Origin: Macrostomum lignano
Taxonomy: Eukaryota
DNA length: 37,946 nucleotides
Assembly (NCBI GenBank): GCA_002269645.1
Contig: NIVC01000287.1
Span: 1 to 37,946, forward strand
Reading direction: 5' to 3'
Below are positions 1 through 30,771 of this stretch, one piece after another. Both the position numbers and the translations under genes were made by a program. The notes beneath the pieces are model-generated. The model was given only the letters and a program-made list of their open reading frames with translations. It was not told the origin of the DNA and ran no database searches. The first letter of the stretch is position 1. The number at the start of each line of letters is the position of its first letter.

Positions 1-597
1 AAGAATAGAATAGATATAGAATAGAATAGAAAGAATAGAATAGAGAATAGAATAGAATAGAATAGAATAGAATAGAATAGAATATAAATAGAATAGAATA
101 GAATAGAATAGAATAGAATAGAATAGAATAGAATAGAATAGAATAGAATAGAATAGAATAGAATAGAATAGAAGAATAGAATAGAATAGAATAGAATAGA
201 ATAGAATAGAATAGAATAGAATAGAATAGAATAAATAGAATAGAATAGAAAGAATAGAAAATAGAATAGAATGAATAGAATAGAATAGAATAGAATAGAA
301 TAGAATAGAATAGAATAGAATAGAATAGAATAGAATAGAATAGAATAGAATAGAATAGAATAGAATAGAATAGAATAGAAAAAATAGAATCGAACAGAAT
401 AGAATAGAATAGAATAGAATAGAATAGAATAGAATAGAATAGAATAGAATAGAATAGAATAGAATAGAATAGAATAGAATAGAATAGAATAGAATAGAAT
501 AGAATAGAATAGAATCGAACAAAATAGAATCGAACAGAATAGAATAGAATAGAATAGAATAGAATTTTAATAGAATAGAATAGAATAGAATAGAATA
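1..597. repeat. (AATAG)n pentanucleotide microsatellite, truncated by window start
   Basis: Near-continuous gaata/aatag units with a few variants (aatcgaac). Confidence 0.98.
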
Positions 598-994
598 AGT
601 ATTGCATTTTTAGAACCAAGCAGTTACGTACTCATTATTTAGAAGCTTCTTTGGGAATGGTTAGCTAATTCTCGATCCGCCACAAAGTGAATATTGATTT
701 TTTAGTCTCTTCTTATAGTTGTCCATAGGCATTCTACAACAAGAGATATCTTTGATAGGATCATTTCTACTTCTTCTGCAAAGAGTAGAAGATGAAAGAG
801 CATGGGATGATGGGACGAGGAACCAGAATGGCGAGGGACCGAGAAGAGATGAAGGGGAGATATCGGGAAACATTCTTAACAGCACATGATCCACCGGCCT
901 GGTCGATGTGACACAACGTTTGCGTTCATCTGGGGGTGCCAGCAAAAGTCTGGAAGAAGTTGAGTGTTTAGACAGAAATGCTTGCGTGAGTGTG

Positions 995-1572
995 GTAGAG
1001 TAGAGTAGGGTATAATATAGTGGAGAAGAGCAATTTAGGGTATACAATAGCATAGTATAGTATAGTACAGTACAGTACAGAAGGGTAGAGTAGGGTGGAG
1101 AAGAGTAGAGCAAAGTAGAATAGAGAGTAGAGTAGAGTAGAGTAGAGTAGAGTAGAGTAGAGTAGAGTAGAGTAGAGTAGAGTAGAGTAGAGTAGAGTAG
1201 AGTAGAGTAGAGTAGAGTAGAGTAGAGTAGAGTAGAGTAGAGTAGAGTAGAGTAGAGTAGAGTAGAGTAGAGTAGAGTAGAGTAGAGTAGAGTAGAGTAG
1301 AGTAGAGTAGAATAGAATAGAGTAGAGTAGAGTAGAATAGAGTAGAGTAGAGTAGAGTAGAGTAGAGTAGAGTAGAGTAGAGTAGAGTAGAGTAGAGTAG
1401 AGTAGAGTAGAGTAGAGTAGAGTAGAGTAGAGTAGAGTAGAGTAGAGTAGAGTAGAGTAGAGTAGAGTAGAGTAGAGTAGAGTAGAGTAGAGTAGAGTAG
1501 AGTAGAGTAGAGTAGAGTAGAGTAGAATAGAGTAGAGTAGAGTAGAGTAGGGTGGAGTAGAGCAAAGTAGAG
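995..1572. repeat. (AGTAG)n pentanucleotide microsatellite
   Basis: Pure agtag units from about 1123 to 1550 with degenerate edges; source of the STLLY-repeat ORFs. Confidence 0.98.
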
Positions 1573-1582
1573 TGATAGATAA

Positions 1583-2293
1583 TATACCTTTTTACGTTCT
1601 ATTTGATAAAAACTGCAACCAATTTGGCCACGGCTCAGCCTGACCATAGACATAGAATTTTCCATAGACAGCCACCGCTAGCGGCAACCAATTTGGTAAA
1701 AACTGCGAGCTATTTTGCCAGCTTGAAGATAGCAGCTGCTCTGATGGCGAATCGTGGGCCGTACCAAAAGATAAGTCAGCTGGATCGAGAGCGAATCGTG
1801 AGAGCGTACAGGAGTGGCGACGACTGGGGAGAGCTTGGCAGAATGATGGGGATGAAGAAACCGACAGTGAGGAACATCGTGACCACGTATGAACGAACTG
1901 GTAGAGTTGGCACTCTGCCAAAAGGAGGAGTGAAGAGGATGGCGCTGACGGAGGCTATGGTGGACACCATTGTTCAATTCGTCGAAGGTCAACCTACTGC
2001 CTCTCACGCCTCTCAAGTGCCTGCGCTGGATCAACCATTCCCAGACGTACTTCAATCGGTGCTTGAATGCTGAGGACACAATGTTCTGACTTCGTGCATG
2101 TATTGTTAACATTCTTTATCGTTATTGTTATGCTATTGAGCTGCTATCTTCAAGCTGGCAAAATAGCTCGCAGTTTTTACCAAATTGGTTGCCGCTAGCG
2201 GTGGCTGTCTATGGAAAATTGCTGCGGCTGCGTCAGGCTGAGCCGTGGCCAAATTGGTTGCAGTTTTTATCAAATAGAACGTAAAAAGGTATA
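1583..2293 (+). mobile_element. Non-autonomous (internally deleted) Tc1/mariner-IS630-type DNA transposon with about 155-bp TIRs and TA target duplication
   Basis: 1583..1737 is the reverse complement of 2139..2293 except one 12-nt block; TA at both ends; interior encodes transposase N- and C-terminal fragments. Confidence 0.9.
1744..2089 (+). pseudogene. Truncated Tc1-like transposase: N-terminal HTH region joined out of frame to the C-terminal tail, DDE domain deleted
   Basis: MANRGPYQKISQLDRERIVRAY...KPTVRNIVTTYERTGRV is HTH-like; a shifted frame gives LTPLKCLRWINHSQTYFNRCLNAEDTMF*, resembling the C-terminal motif of IS630/Tc1-type transposases (recognised from memory, not searched). Confidence 0.8.
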
Positions 2294-3435
2294 GTAAAGC
2301 TAAATATATGAGTTTGTGAGATAAGCTGCATAAGAAAAAATACGATATAGGTGAACTTGCAACAACAATATTAAATGAACGCAATGTACTTTTTGATGCA
2401 ATCAATTAATTAAGGCTCTATATTTGATCAAGAGCAATTTATTAATTAATGAGTGTCACAGCAGCACTTTTATTGCAAAATATTTTTGCTATAAAAATTC
2501 GATAAGAACGTATTTGAAAGGTTACAGAAAAATTGAGAAAAATATATTTATGTTCCGGTTCTAATATTCCGAGCTGAAAAATTACAAAAACATCAATAAA
2601 GTCTGGGTTTGCACCCACAAAGTGCATCATTAGCGAATGACAACAGAAACATGCTGAGAGCTCGGCACGCGATGGCTGATTTAAATTTGAAGGCCATGTG
2701 TTTAAACAAAATTGTACATGCATCTAAGAGTGTTGAAAATGAAACGAAATTTCAATTTCTGTGTGTTCACCTTGTGTTAACAAATAAATATTTAACTCCT
2801 ACGAGGACTCGTGTTTCAGTTTCTTAGCACTAAATTTGTCAAATCTTTATATATCGGAGGTTCCAATATGCCTATACAGACTGAGTTATATAGCTTGCCA
2901 GCGTTAATCAAAGATTCTATATTACCTAGAGGCGTCACTCCAACATTCACTAGTGTATTTAGCGGCCGTCTCCAAGGGCACCTAAAAACCCGGGAATTTG
3001 GGCCACAGACACTGTAGCTGCTGCTGCTAGTAGTATAGTCTATGGTCAAAACCCCAGGGTTTTCGCTTGTGACTTCATTAGGCGATACGAAAAATTAGCC
3101 AGGGGTTGTCGTGCGATTCGCAGAAATGAGAGCCAACCACCCCCCCCCCAGAGAGTGTACATGCCTTGGACGATTAGAAAGTCAGGGCCGCTGTACACCC
3201 TGGGTGAGCGTGTGCATGAGGATTGGCGCGCTGGTGTGTGGGGACGATGTAGCCGAAGGCGTTTGCGCCAGGGTGCCAACAACTCTCCTGCTATGTTTAC
3301 TTTATATATAACGTTAGACTGTAGACACATTATGTGGCTACCTATGGTCCTTGAAAGATACCCTTAGGTACGTGGTCAATGAGTGATTTTCAATGAGCAC
3401 AGCAGGGTGAGGGTGTCCCCAAGGTAAGTCGGAGC

Positions 3436-23230
<19,795 letters not shown>

Positions 23231-23400
23231 GTTCGCGAGGGCAAATATTCAAAAATTAACTTGTTCACTATAGATAGACACGTGCCCTTGGCTGGATAAG
23301 CATGTCTGTTCAGTTGCTGGGGCAGAATCGTGATGTGGGATTTTGCGCGGACTAATTCGGGTGTGGCGCGACCGTGTCAACCTGTCCACCTGAGAAGTCG

Positions 23401-23501
23401 GGGCGGGGCTTGTCTCAGCTCCTCTGCTTCCTTCTATGGGATAAAAATCGTGGGGAGGGAGAGGCGGGTGATCCAGCTCATCATCCTGTCTGACAGCCAA
23501 T
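23401..23501. promoter_or_regulatory. Candidate EAG proximal promoter motifs (GC box, CCAAT)
   Basis: gggcggggc at 23401 and agccaat at 23495, 170-270 bp upstream of the EAG ATG; motif match only, TSS unknown. Confidence 0.25.
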
Positions 23502-23639
23502 CCTGGGAGTTCTGCGTGTAGCTGCAAAGCCTCGCGTGCACTGGCTGTGCTCAGCCTCATGCGGGCGAGGGGATCTGTGGGTATATAGCTAGCTGTGACC
23601 CGCCTGTGCAGTAGTATTAGTGAGTAGCGGAATAGTTAA

Positions 23640-24032
23640 TGTTAAAAATTTTTTATGGTGGGCTGGGACAAAGCCAAGAATTCTAAATGTACATGTAAAT
23701 TATTATCAGAATTCGTGTTGTCAGCGCTCATTTTGGCGCTGCAGACACTCATTTTGGCGCTGCATGAACTCATTTTGGCGCCGCAGGCACTCATTTTGGC
23801 GCCACATGCGCTCATTTTGGCGCCGCAGGCACTCATTTTGGCACTGCAGGAACTCATTTTGGCGCCGCAGGCACTCATTTTAGCGACGCAGTCACTATAT
23901 TTTGTCTCCATGAAGCAAAGTTATTGATTTTCATAACGGGTCACAAAGTTGGGTGGGGGGGACTAAGCATTGGCGTGTCCCCATAGCTTTTACTGGAAGG
24001 TCCCCCTGTCCCCCTTGGTGGTGATACCCCTG
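23640..24032. mobile_element. hAT-type MITE copy 2 (left TIR decayed), about 8 internal 21-bp units
   Basis: Colinear with copy 1 (ttatggtggg...gtcagcgctcatttt...cattggc.tgtcccc...ttttactgg); right end ggtggtgatacccctg. Left boundary approximate. Confidence 0.75.
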
Positions 24033-24060
24033 GTAGTAATTACTATAGTAGTGTAGTAGT

Positions 24061-24302
24061 CAGGGGTGTCGCCATGGATTTTATGGTGGGCAGGGAAGTC
24101 AAGAATCTTACATGTACATGTACATGTACATTATTTTCAGAATAGGTGTTGTCAGCGCTCATTTTGGCGCCGAAATCACTATATTTTGTCGCCCTGAAGC
24201 AAAATTATTGATTTCCATAACGGACAAAGTATTGACATCCCCCATAGCTTTTACTGGGAGGCATGTACGTCCCCGCCCCCCCCCCTGGTGGCGACGCACC
24301 TG
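24061..24302. mobile_element. hAT-type MITE copy 3, essentially without VNTR expansion
   Basis: TIRs caggggtgtcgcca / tggcgacgcacctg; interior colinear with copies 1-2; inserted in gtagtagt-type sequence, TSD imperfect. Confidence 0.82.
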
Positions 24303-25569
24303 GTAGATTAGTAGTAATAGTAGTAATAGTAGTAGTACTATAGGTAGCCGTAGTGTCACTGGCAAGTCACTAACTTGTTGATTGCTTCAGTTAGTTGTAG
24401 GCAAAGCATAACTAATAGTCTGTTGGGCACAATTCAATTAATTGATTTTTACTACGATTCTTCTTGATGAATTTTTTGCCATAAGTTATTATTCAATTTA
24501 TAAATGTAATTGCGTAAAACCATTGCCAGTATTTGTTTGATTATGCTCTTCAGAACACTTTTTAAAAAGTTGATTTTCCACGAAATGCAGCTCTAGCTTG
24601 CCCAGCCCCAGAGCTTTGATTTGTTTTGTTCTGTTGCTGTTGATACATTTGTAGTTGTTTGATAGTATTTGTTTAATATTCGTTTTTAGCTCGTTGTGTT
24701 TGCTGTTTATTTGGTTTCTTTCTGCTAAAATTCGACCATTGACCCCTGGAAATTGTCTAGATGCCGACTGGATCTATCTATCTTATCTACAATACATATT
24801 ATATTGTAGAATATGGAATGTATTATGTATACATGTATTATGTATATATAATACATTCCACTCTAACTCTACCTACCTGGAACCTGAGCCAACTATCTTC
24901 GACTTCTACTAGGCCCACTACTACTAAACAAATAAATCTGTATTGTAAAAATCAGTGCTGAATTATTATTAAGCACTGCATAGGCTATGTTGTTATACTA
25001 TGAATATTAGATATGCCTTTCTAGCTCATTTAGTGTAGCATATTATCTATACATTTAATATAGATAGTTATATATATAGCCTATAGTATTGCTAGTATAT
25101 CTAACAAAAAAGTATAATAATATGCATTACTTAAAAAGAATTTAATAAACTTTTCTATTTGCTACTATATTAATGTCAATTTAGGCTAACATGGACCTAA
25201 TATACATATGACTTATATGACATATGACTTATTAAAGTGATAAAATACATAGTAAAGATATATATATTTTATGTTTCTCTATATATATTCTCTCTAGAAA
25301 ATGTGACAAACCAAAAGCCATTCTAGTTAATTATCTAATTAACAAACCTGCATTAATAGTGGTAGCTCTAATATTCTTTAGGGATAGTTAGTTAGAGATA
25401 TATTTGTTTAGCTAAGCAGTTCAATGGATTCCTATCCTTTAATACATTTCTCTGCTTGATATTATATATTTTTGTTCTATTAAAAATGCTAAAATGGACA
25501 AAATCAGACTTGCTATTCCTATGAGCTTTCATAACACAGTTAGAACCATGTATAAATTTATCATTTCTG

Positions 25570-25615
25570 CAGTAACTAACTTTAACTGGCTTATCTAACT
25601 TTACAAATCCCACAG
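25570..25615 (+). promoter_or_regulatory. 3' splice-acceptor-like site 7 nt upstream of the ALG9 ATG (5'UTR intron or SL trans-splice site)
   Basis: ctaac branch-like motifs, pyrimidine-rich tract, cacag at 25611..25615, then attctca-ATG. Confidence 0.5.
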
Positions 25616-25622
25616 ATTCTCA

Positions 25623-28600
25623 ATGCTTCTTTCAAATTGGCTCATATTCCGCCTATGCCTAACAGTCCGCACAGCCAGCGCACTCTGGAACATCATACAT
25701 GATTGCGATGAGACGTACAACTACTGGGAGCCGCTGCACCACCTGCTACATGGCAGCGGCTTTCAAACCTGGGAATATTCTCCCCAGTATGCTCTGCGCT
25801 CCTATCTCTACCTGTGGCTTTATTCACCTCCAGCCATACTAATTAGCTGGCTAGGCGGCTCCAAGGTGACTCAGTTCTACGCCATCAGATTCTGGATGGC
25901 CGTCTGGACTGCGACAGCCGAGACTGTCGCCTTTGGCGCCGTGAAACAACGACTAGACAAGAATAAGTCTTTGTCAAAGTCTTTGTCCGTGTATTCGTTG
26001 GCTTTTGTCGCGTTTAGCGCCACCTCAGCTGGTTTGTTCGTGTCTGGCACGGCATTCCTGCCGAGTTCTTTCGCTATGCAGCTGGCCTATGCTTGCCTGG
26101 CTGCCTGGCTGACTGATCGATACGCTTTGGCTGTTGCTTGCATAGCCGCTATGGCTATTGTTGGCTGGCCATTTGCTGCCGCGATTGGCCTGCCATTGGC
26201 TGTGGATTTGATTGCGCTTAAACGGAAGCCAGGGCTGTTTGTTGCGTATTCGGCTGCGTCAGGTGCGAATTTTGTGAACGTTACATAGGGTGAAACCTAG
26301 GGTGAATCAGGGAGGGTAGAAATCCACCCCAAAGAATCAGAGAGGGTAGAAACCACCCCAAAGAATCAGAGAGGGTAGAAACCCACCCAAAGAATCAGAG
26401 AGGGTAGAAACCCACCACAAAGAATCAGAGAGGGTAAAAATCCACCCCAAAGAATCAGAGAGGGTAGAAATCCACCCCAAAGAATCAGAGAGGGTAAAAA
26501 TCCACCCCAAAGAATCAGAGAGGGTAGAAATCCACCCCAAAGAATCAGAGAGGGTAGAAACCCACCCCAAAGAATCAGAGAGGGTAGAAACCCACCCGAA
26601 AGAATCAGAGAGGGTAGAAACCCACCTCAAAAATCAGAGAGGGTAGAAATCCACCCCAAAGAATCAGAGAGGGTAGAAACCCACCCCAAAGAATCAGAGA
26701 GGGTAATAACCCACCCTGGGGGTTCAGGGAGAGCAGAAACCCACCCTGAAGAATCAGAGGGGTAGAAACCAACCTTGAAGGACCAGAGAGGGTAGAAACC
26801 CACCTCTAAAATCAGAGAGGGTAGAAACCCACCCTGAAGAATCAGAGAGGGTAGAACCCACCCTGAAGAATCAGAGAGGGTAGAAACCCACCCTGAAGAA
26901 TCAGAGAGGGTAGAAATCCACCCCAAAGAATCAGAGAGGGTAGAAACCCACTTTAAAGAATCAGAGAGGGTAGAAACCCACTTCAAAGAATCAGAGAGGG
27001 TAGAAACCCACCCCAAAGATTCAGAAAGGGTAGAAACCCACCCTGGGGTTTCAGGGAGAGCAGAAACCCACCCTGAAGAATCAGGGAAGGTAGAAACCCA
27101 CCCTGAAGAATCAGAGAGGGTGGAAACTTCCGCAGCAAAGTCGTATTAAAATTGCATTGAGTCATTGTCTTCCCCTAACCAAGTGTGTGCACCCACCCCA
27201 TCCGCCTTCAGGACTATCACTGGCCATCCCAGTCGCCCTGGCGGACACTTTAGCCTACGGTCGGCCAACTTTATCCCCAATAAATTTGCTTAGCTACAAC
27301 GTACTCAATTCCGGTTCGCACCTGTATGGAACATCGCCTCTGAGCTATTATTTAATGAACTATGCATTGAACTTCACGCCTCTTATGCCGTTGATTCTGA
27401 TTGCCGGACTCCTCGCTGCGCTGGTTAGTCAATCAGCCAGCAGGCAAGATCGCCAACTAAGATGGAAACTTCTTCTTTGGCTGAGCCCATTGCTGCTTTG
27501 GAATGCCATCTTCTTCTTGCAGGCGCACAAAGAGGAGCGGTTCCTTTATCCTTGCTATCCGTTTCTCTGCTTAGCCTTGGCAGTTGCTCTGGAGACCATT
27601 AGACACCGTCTAGGCAGCTGGACCGTGCCCTGCATCATTGCCGCTTTCGCCGCGTTCAGCCTGAGTCGAGTTTTGGCCACCACTTTGGCTTATCAGAGTC
27701 ACGTGACTATTTATCATAGATTAGCCGGGCACGGGCCCGCAGGCAGGCTGTGTCTTGGCAAAGAGTGGCACCGATTCCCCAGTGCCTTCCTGCTGCCTCA
27801 CGGCTGGTCTGTGGGCTTCGTGCGCTCCGAGTTCCGGGGGCAGTTGCCGGGTCGGTTCGCACTGGCGGACCAGCCGTTTAACCTGGATAACCGTGAGGAG
27901 ACGGCCAGGTGAGACGCTTCAAACAGCTAGTTTGCCAGTATCCTCAAATCTAGAGTGCCATTATCCTCAAATCTAGTTTGCCATTATCATCAAATCTAGT
28001 TTGCCATTATCCTCAAATCTAGTTTGCCATTATCCTCAAATCTAGTTTGCCATTATCCTCAAATCTAGTTTGCCATTATCCTCAAATCTAGAGTGCCATT
28101 ATCCTCAAATCTAGTTTGCCATTATCCTCAAATCTAGAGTGCCATTATCCTCAAATCTAGAGTGCCATTATCCTCAAATCTAGAGTGCCGTTATCCTCAA
28201 ATCTAGAGTGCCATTATCCTCAAATCTAGAGTGCCATTATCCTTAAATCTAGAGTGCCATTATCCTCAAATCTAGAGTGCCATTATCCTCAAATCTAGAG
28301 TGCCATTATCCTCAAATCTAGAGTGCCGTTATCCTCAAATCTAGAGTGCCATTATCCTCAAATCTAGAGTTGAGTGCCATTATCCTCAAATCTAGAGTGC
28401 CATTATCCTCAAATCTAGAGTGCCATTATCCTCAAATCTAGAGTGCCATTATCCTCAAATCTAGAGTGCCATTATCCTCAAATCTAGAGTGCCATTATCC
28501 TCAAATCTAGAGTGCCATTATCCTCAAATCTAGAGTTGAGTGCCATTATCCTCAAATCTAGAGTGCCATTATCCTCAAATCTAGAGTGCCATTATCCTCA

Positions 28601-29232
28601 AATCTAGAGTGCCATTATCCTCAAATCTAGAGTGCCATTATCCTCAAATCTAGAGTGCCATTATCCTCAAATCTAGAGTGCCGTTATCCTCAAATCTAGA
28701 GTGCCAGTATCCTCAAATCTAGAGTGCCATTATCCTCAAATCTAGAGTGCCATTATCCTCAAATCTAGTTTGCCATTATCCTTAAATCTTGTTTGCCATT
28801 ATCCTTAAATCTAGAGTGCCGTTATCCTCAATTCTAGAGTGCCATTATCCTCAAATCTAGAGTGCCATTATCCTCAAATCTAGTGTGCCATTTTCGAATC
28901 TAGTGTGCCATTTTCTAAGCTAGTAAGGTATTGAAATCTAGCGTGTCATTTAAAGATTTAAGACAACGCTATGACTCCAATCCTGCAGATACCTGAACGT
29001 CACATCCGACTGCGACTACTTGATTGACAAGCGCAGCAACGAGCTGGATTTTGTCCGCTACACAGAGCTGGAGCCTGACTACCTGGCAACTGGTGACTGG
29101 CAACTACTTGAAGATTTACCAATCCTCGAGCCGGACAAGTCGCACCGACTGTTCAGAGCATTTTACCTGCCGTGGCTGTTTGAACGAAGCGTCCGATTTT
29201 CTAGCTACGTGCTGCTTCGGCGAGTCACGTGA
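25623..29232 (+). CDS. ALG9: Alpha-1,2-mannosyltransferase ALG9 (GT22); join(25623..26262,27212..27908,28989..29232), about 526 aa
   Basis: DCDETYNYWEPLHHL, FQTWEYSPQYALRSY, FLPSSFAM, HKEERFLYP, LCLGKEWHRFPS, C-terminal RAFYLPWL; two GT-AG introns with phases 1 and 2; 1581 nt total. Confidence 0.95.
26300..27130. repeat. 30-bp minisatellite, about 28 copies, ALG9 intron 1
   Basis: agaatcagagagggtagaaacccaccccaa. Confidence 0.96.
27935..28925. repeat. 23-bp minisatellite, about 42 copies, ALG9 intron 2
   Basis: gccattatcctcaaatctagagt. Confidence 0.97.
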
Positions 29233-29597
29233 TGTCTTGAACTTGTCGAGTGGATTCTTATATAAGCTCTTTATGGGTGTTAGATTTAGTATTTAACTTA
29301 ATTTTAACAATAATGCTGCAGTGCCAAGGTTCTGCCTTTTTTCCTTTCTATCGCGTCTTTTTCGTAGTTTTAATTGTTAGCATGCATTACAATTCGTTGA
29401 ATTGTTACAATACACGGCTATTATGAGTAGTACTATAGGCATTTTCATTGCATGCAGTCCTTGTGCAGTGCGTACTGGCACATTGGAATTTATTGGAATT
29501 ATCAAACAGTTGGAACAGTTTGTATTCGCTTTTATTTCTAACACACTGTCGCTTTAAAGGGCTGAATATTCCTTCGGTTCTTACTGCGCCACCGCCA

Positions 29598-30771
29598 GTC
29601 TCCCAGATCCTCAGTTGCTGGGCCAGCCTCCCATAGTATCAGTTGCTGGGCCAGCCTCCCATAGTATCAGTTGCTGGGCCAGCCTCCCAAATCCTCAGTT
29701 GCTGGACCAGCCTCCCAGATCCTCAGTTGCTGAGCCAGCCTCCCATAGTATCAGTTGCTGGGCCAGCCTCCCAAATCCTCAGTTGCTGGACCAGCCTCCC
29801 AGATCCTCAGTCGCTGGGCCAGCCTCCCATAGTATCAGTTGCTGGGCCAGCCTCCCAGATCCTCAGTTGCTGGGCCAGCCTCCCATAGTATCAGTTGCTG
29901 GGCCAGCATCCCAGATCCTCAGTTGCTGGGCCAGCCTCTCAGATCCTCAGTTGCTGGACCAGCCTCCCAGATCCTCAGTTGCTAAGCCAGCCTCAGATCC
30001 TCAGTTGCTGGACCAGCCTCCCAGATCCTCAGTTGCTGGGCCAGCCTCTCAGATCCTCAGTTGCTGGACCAGCCTCCCAGATCCTCAGTTGCTGGGCCAG
30101 TCTCCCAGATCCTTAGTTGCTGGGCCAGCCTCCCAGATCCTCAGTTGCTGGACCAGCCTCCCAGATCCTCAGTTGCTGGGCCAGCCTCTCAGATCCTCAG
30201 TTGCTGGACCAGTCTCCCAGATCCTCAGTTGCTGGGCCAGTCTCCCAGATCCTCAGTTGCTGGACCAGCCTCCCAGATCCTCAGTTGCTGGGCCAGCCTC
30301 CCAGATCCTCAGTTGCTGGGCCAGCCTCTCAGATCCTCAGTTGCTGGACCAGCCTCCCAGATCCTCGGTTGCTGGGCCACCAGCCTCCCAGATCCTCAGT
30401 TGATGGGCCAGCATCCCAGATCCTCAGTTGCTGGACCAGCCTCCCATAGTATCAGTTGCTGGACCAGCCTCCCAGATCCTCAGTTGCTGGGCCAGTCTCC
30501 CAGATCCTCAGTTGCTGGACCAGCATCCCAGATCCTCAGTTGCTGGGCCAGTCTCCCAGATCCTCAGTTGCTGGACCAGCATCCCATAGTATCAGTTGCT
30601 GGACCAGCCTCCCAGATCCTCAGTTGATGGGCCAGCCTCCGAGATCTTCAGTTGCTGGGCCAGCCTCCGAGATCCTCAGTTGCTGGGCCAGCCTCCCAGA
30701 TCCTCAGTTGCTGGGCCAGTCTCCCATAGTATCAGTTGCTGGGCCAGTTTCCCAGATCCTCAGTTGCTGGA
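29598..30771. repeat. 28-bp minisatellite, about 42 copies, downstream of ALG9
   Basis: tcccagatcctcagttgctgggccagcc with catagtatc variant units. Confidence 0.97.

Noticed and set aside
661-1665. 334-aa and 176-aa STLLY-repeat ORFs
   Set aside because: Translations of (CTACT)n; the repeat lacks stops by composition.
3014-3065. Hairpin aaaaccc-ca-gggtttt near a CTAG, as a Helitron 3' end
   Set aside because: Spacing is longer than typical, the following base is not T, and no 5' TC end was identified.
25958-25990. In-frame 12-nt duplication in ALG9 (KSLS KSLS)
   Set aside because: Real, but it appears to fall in a variable loop; likely neutral slippage.
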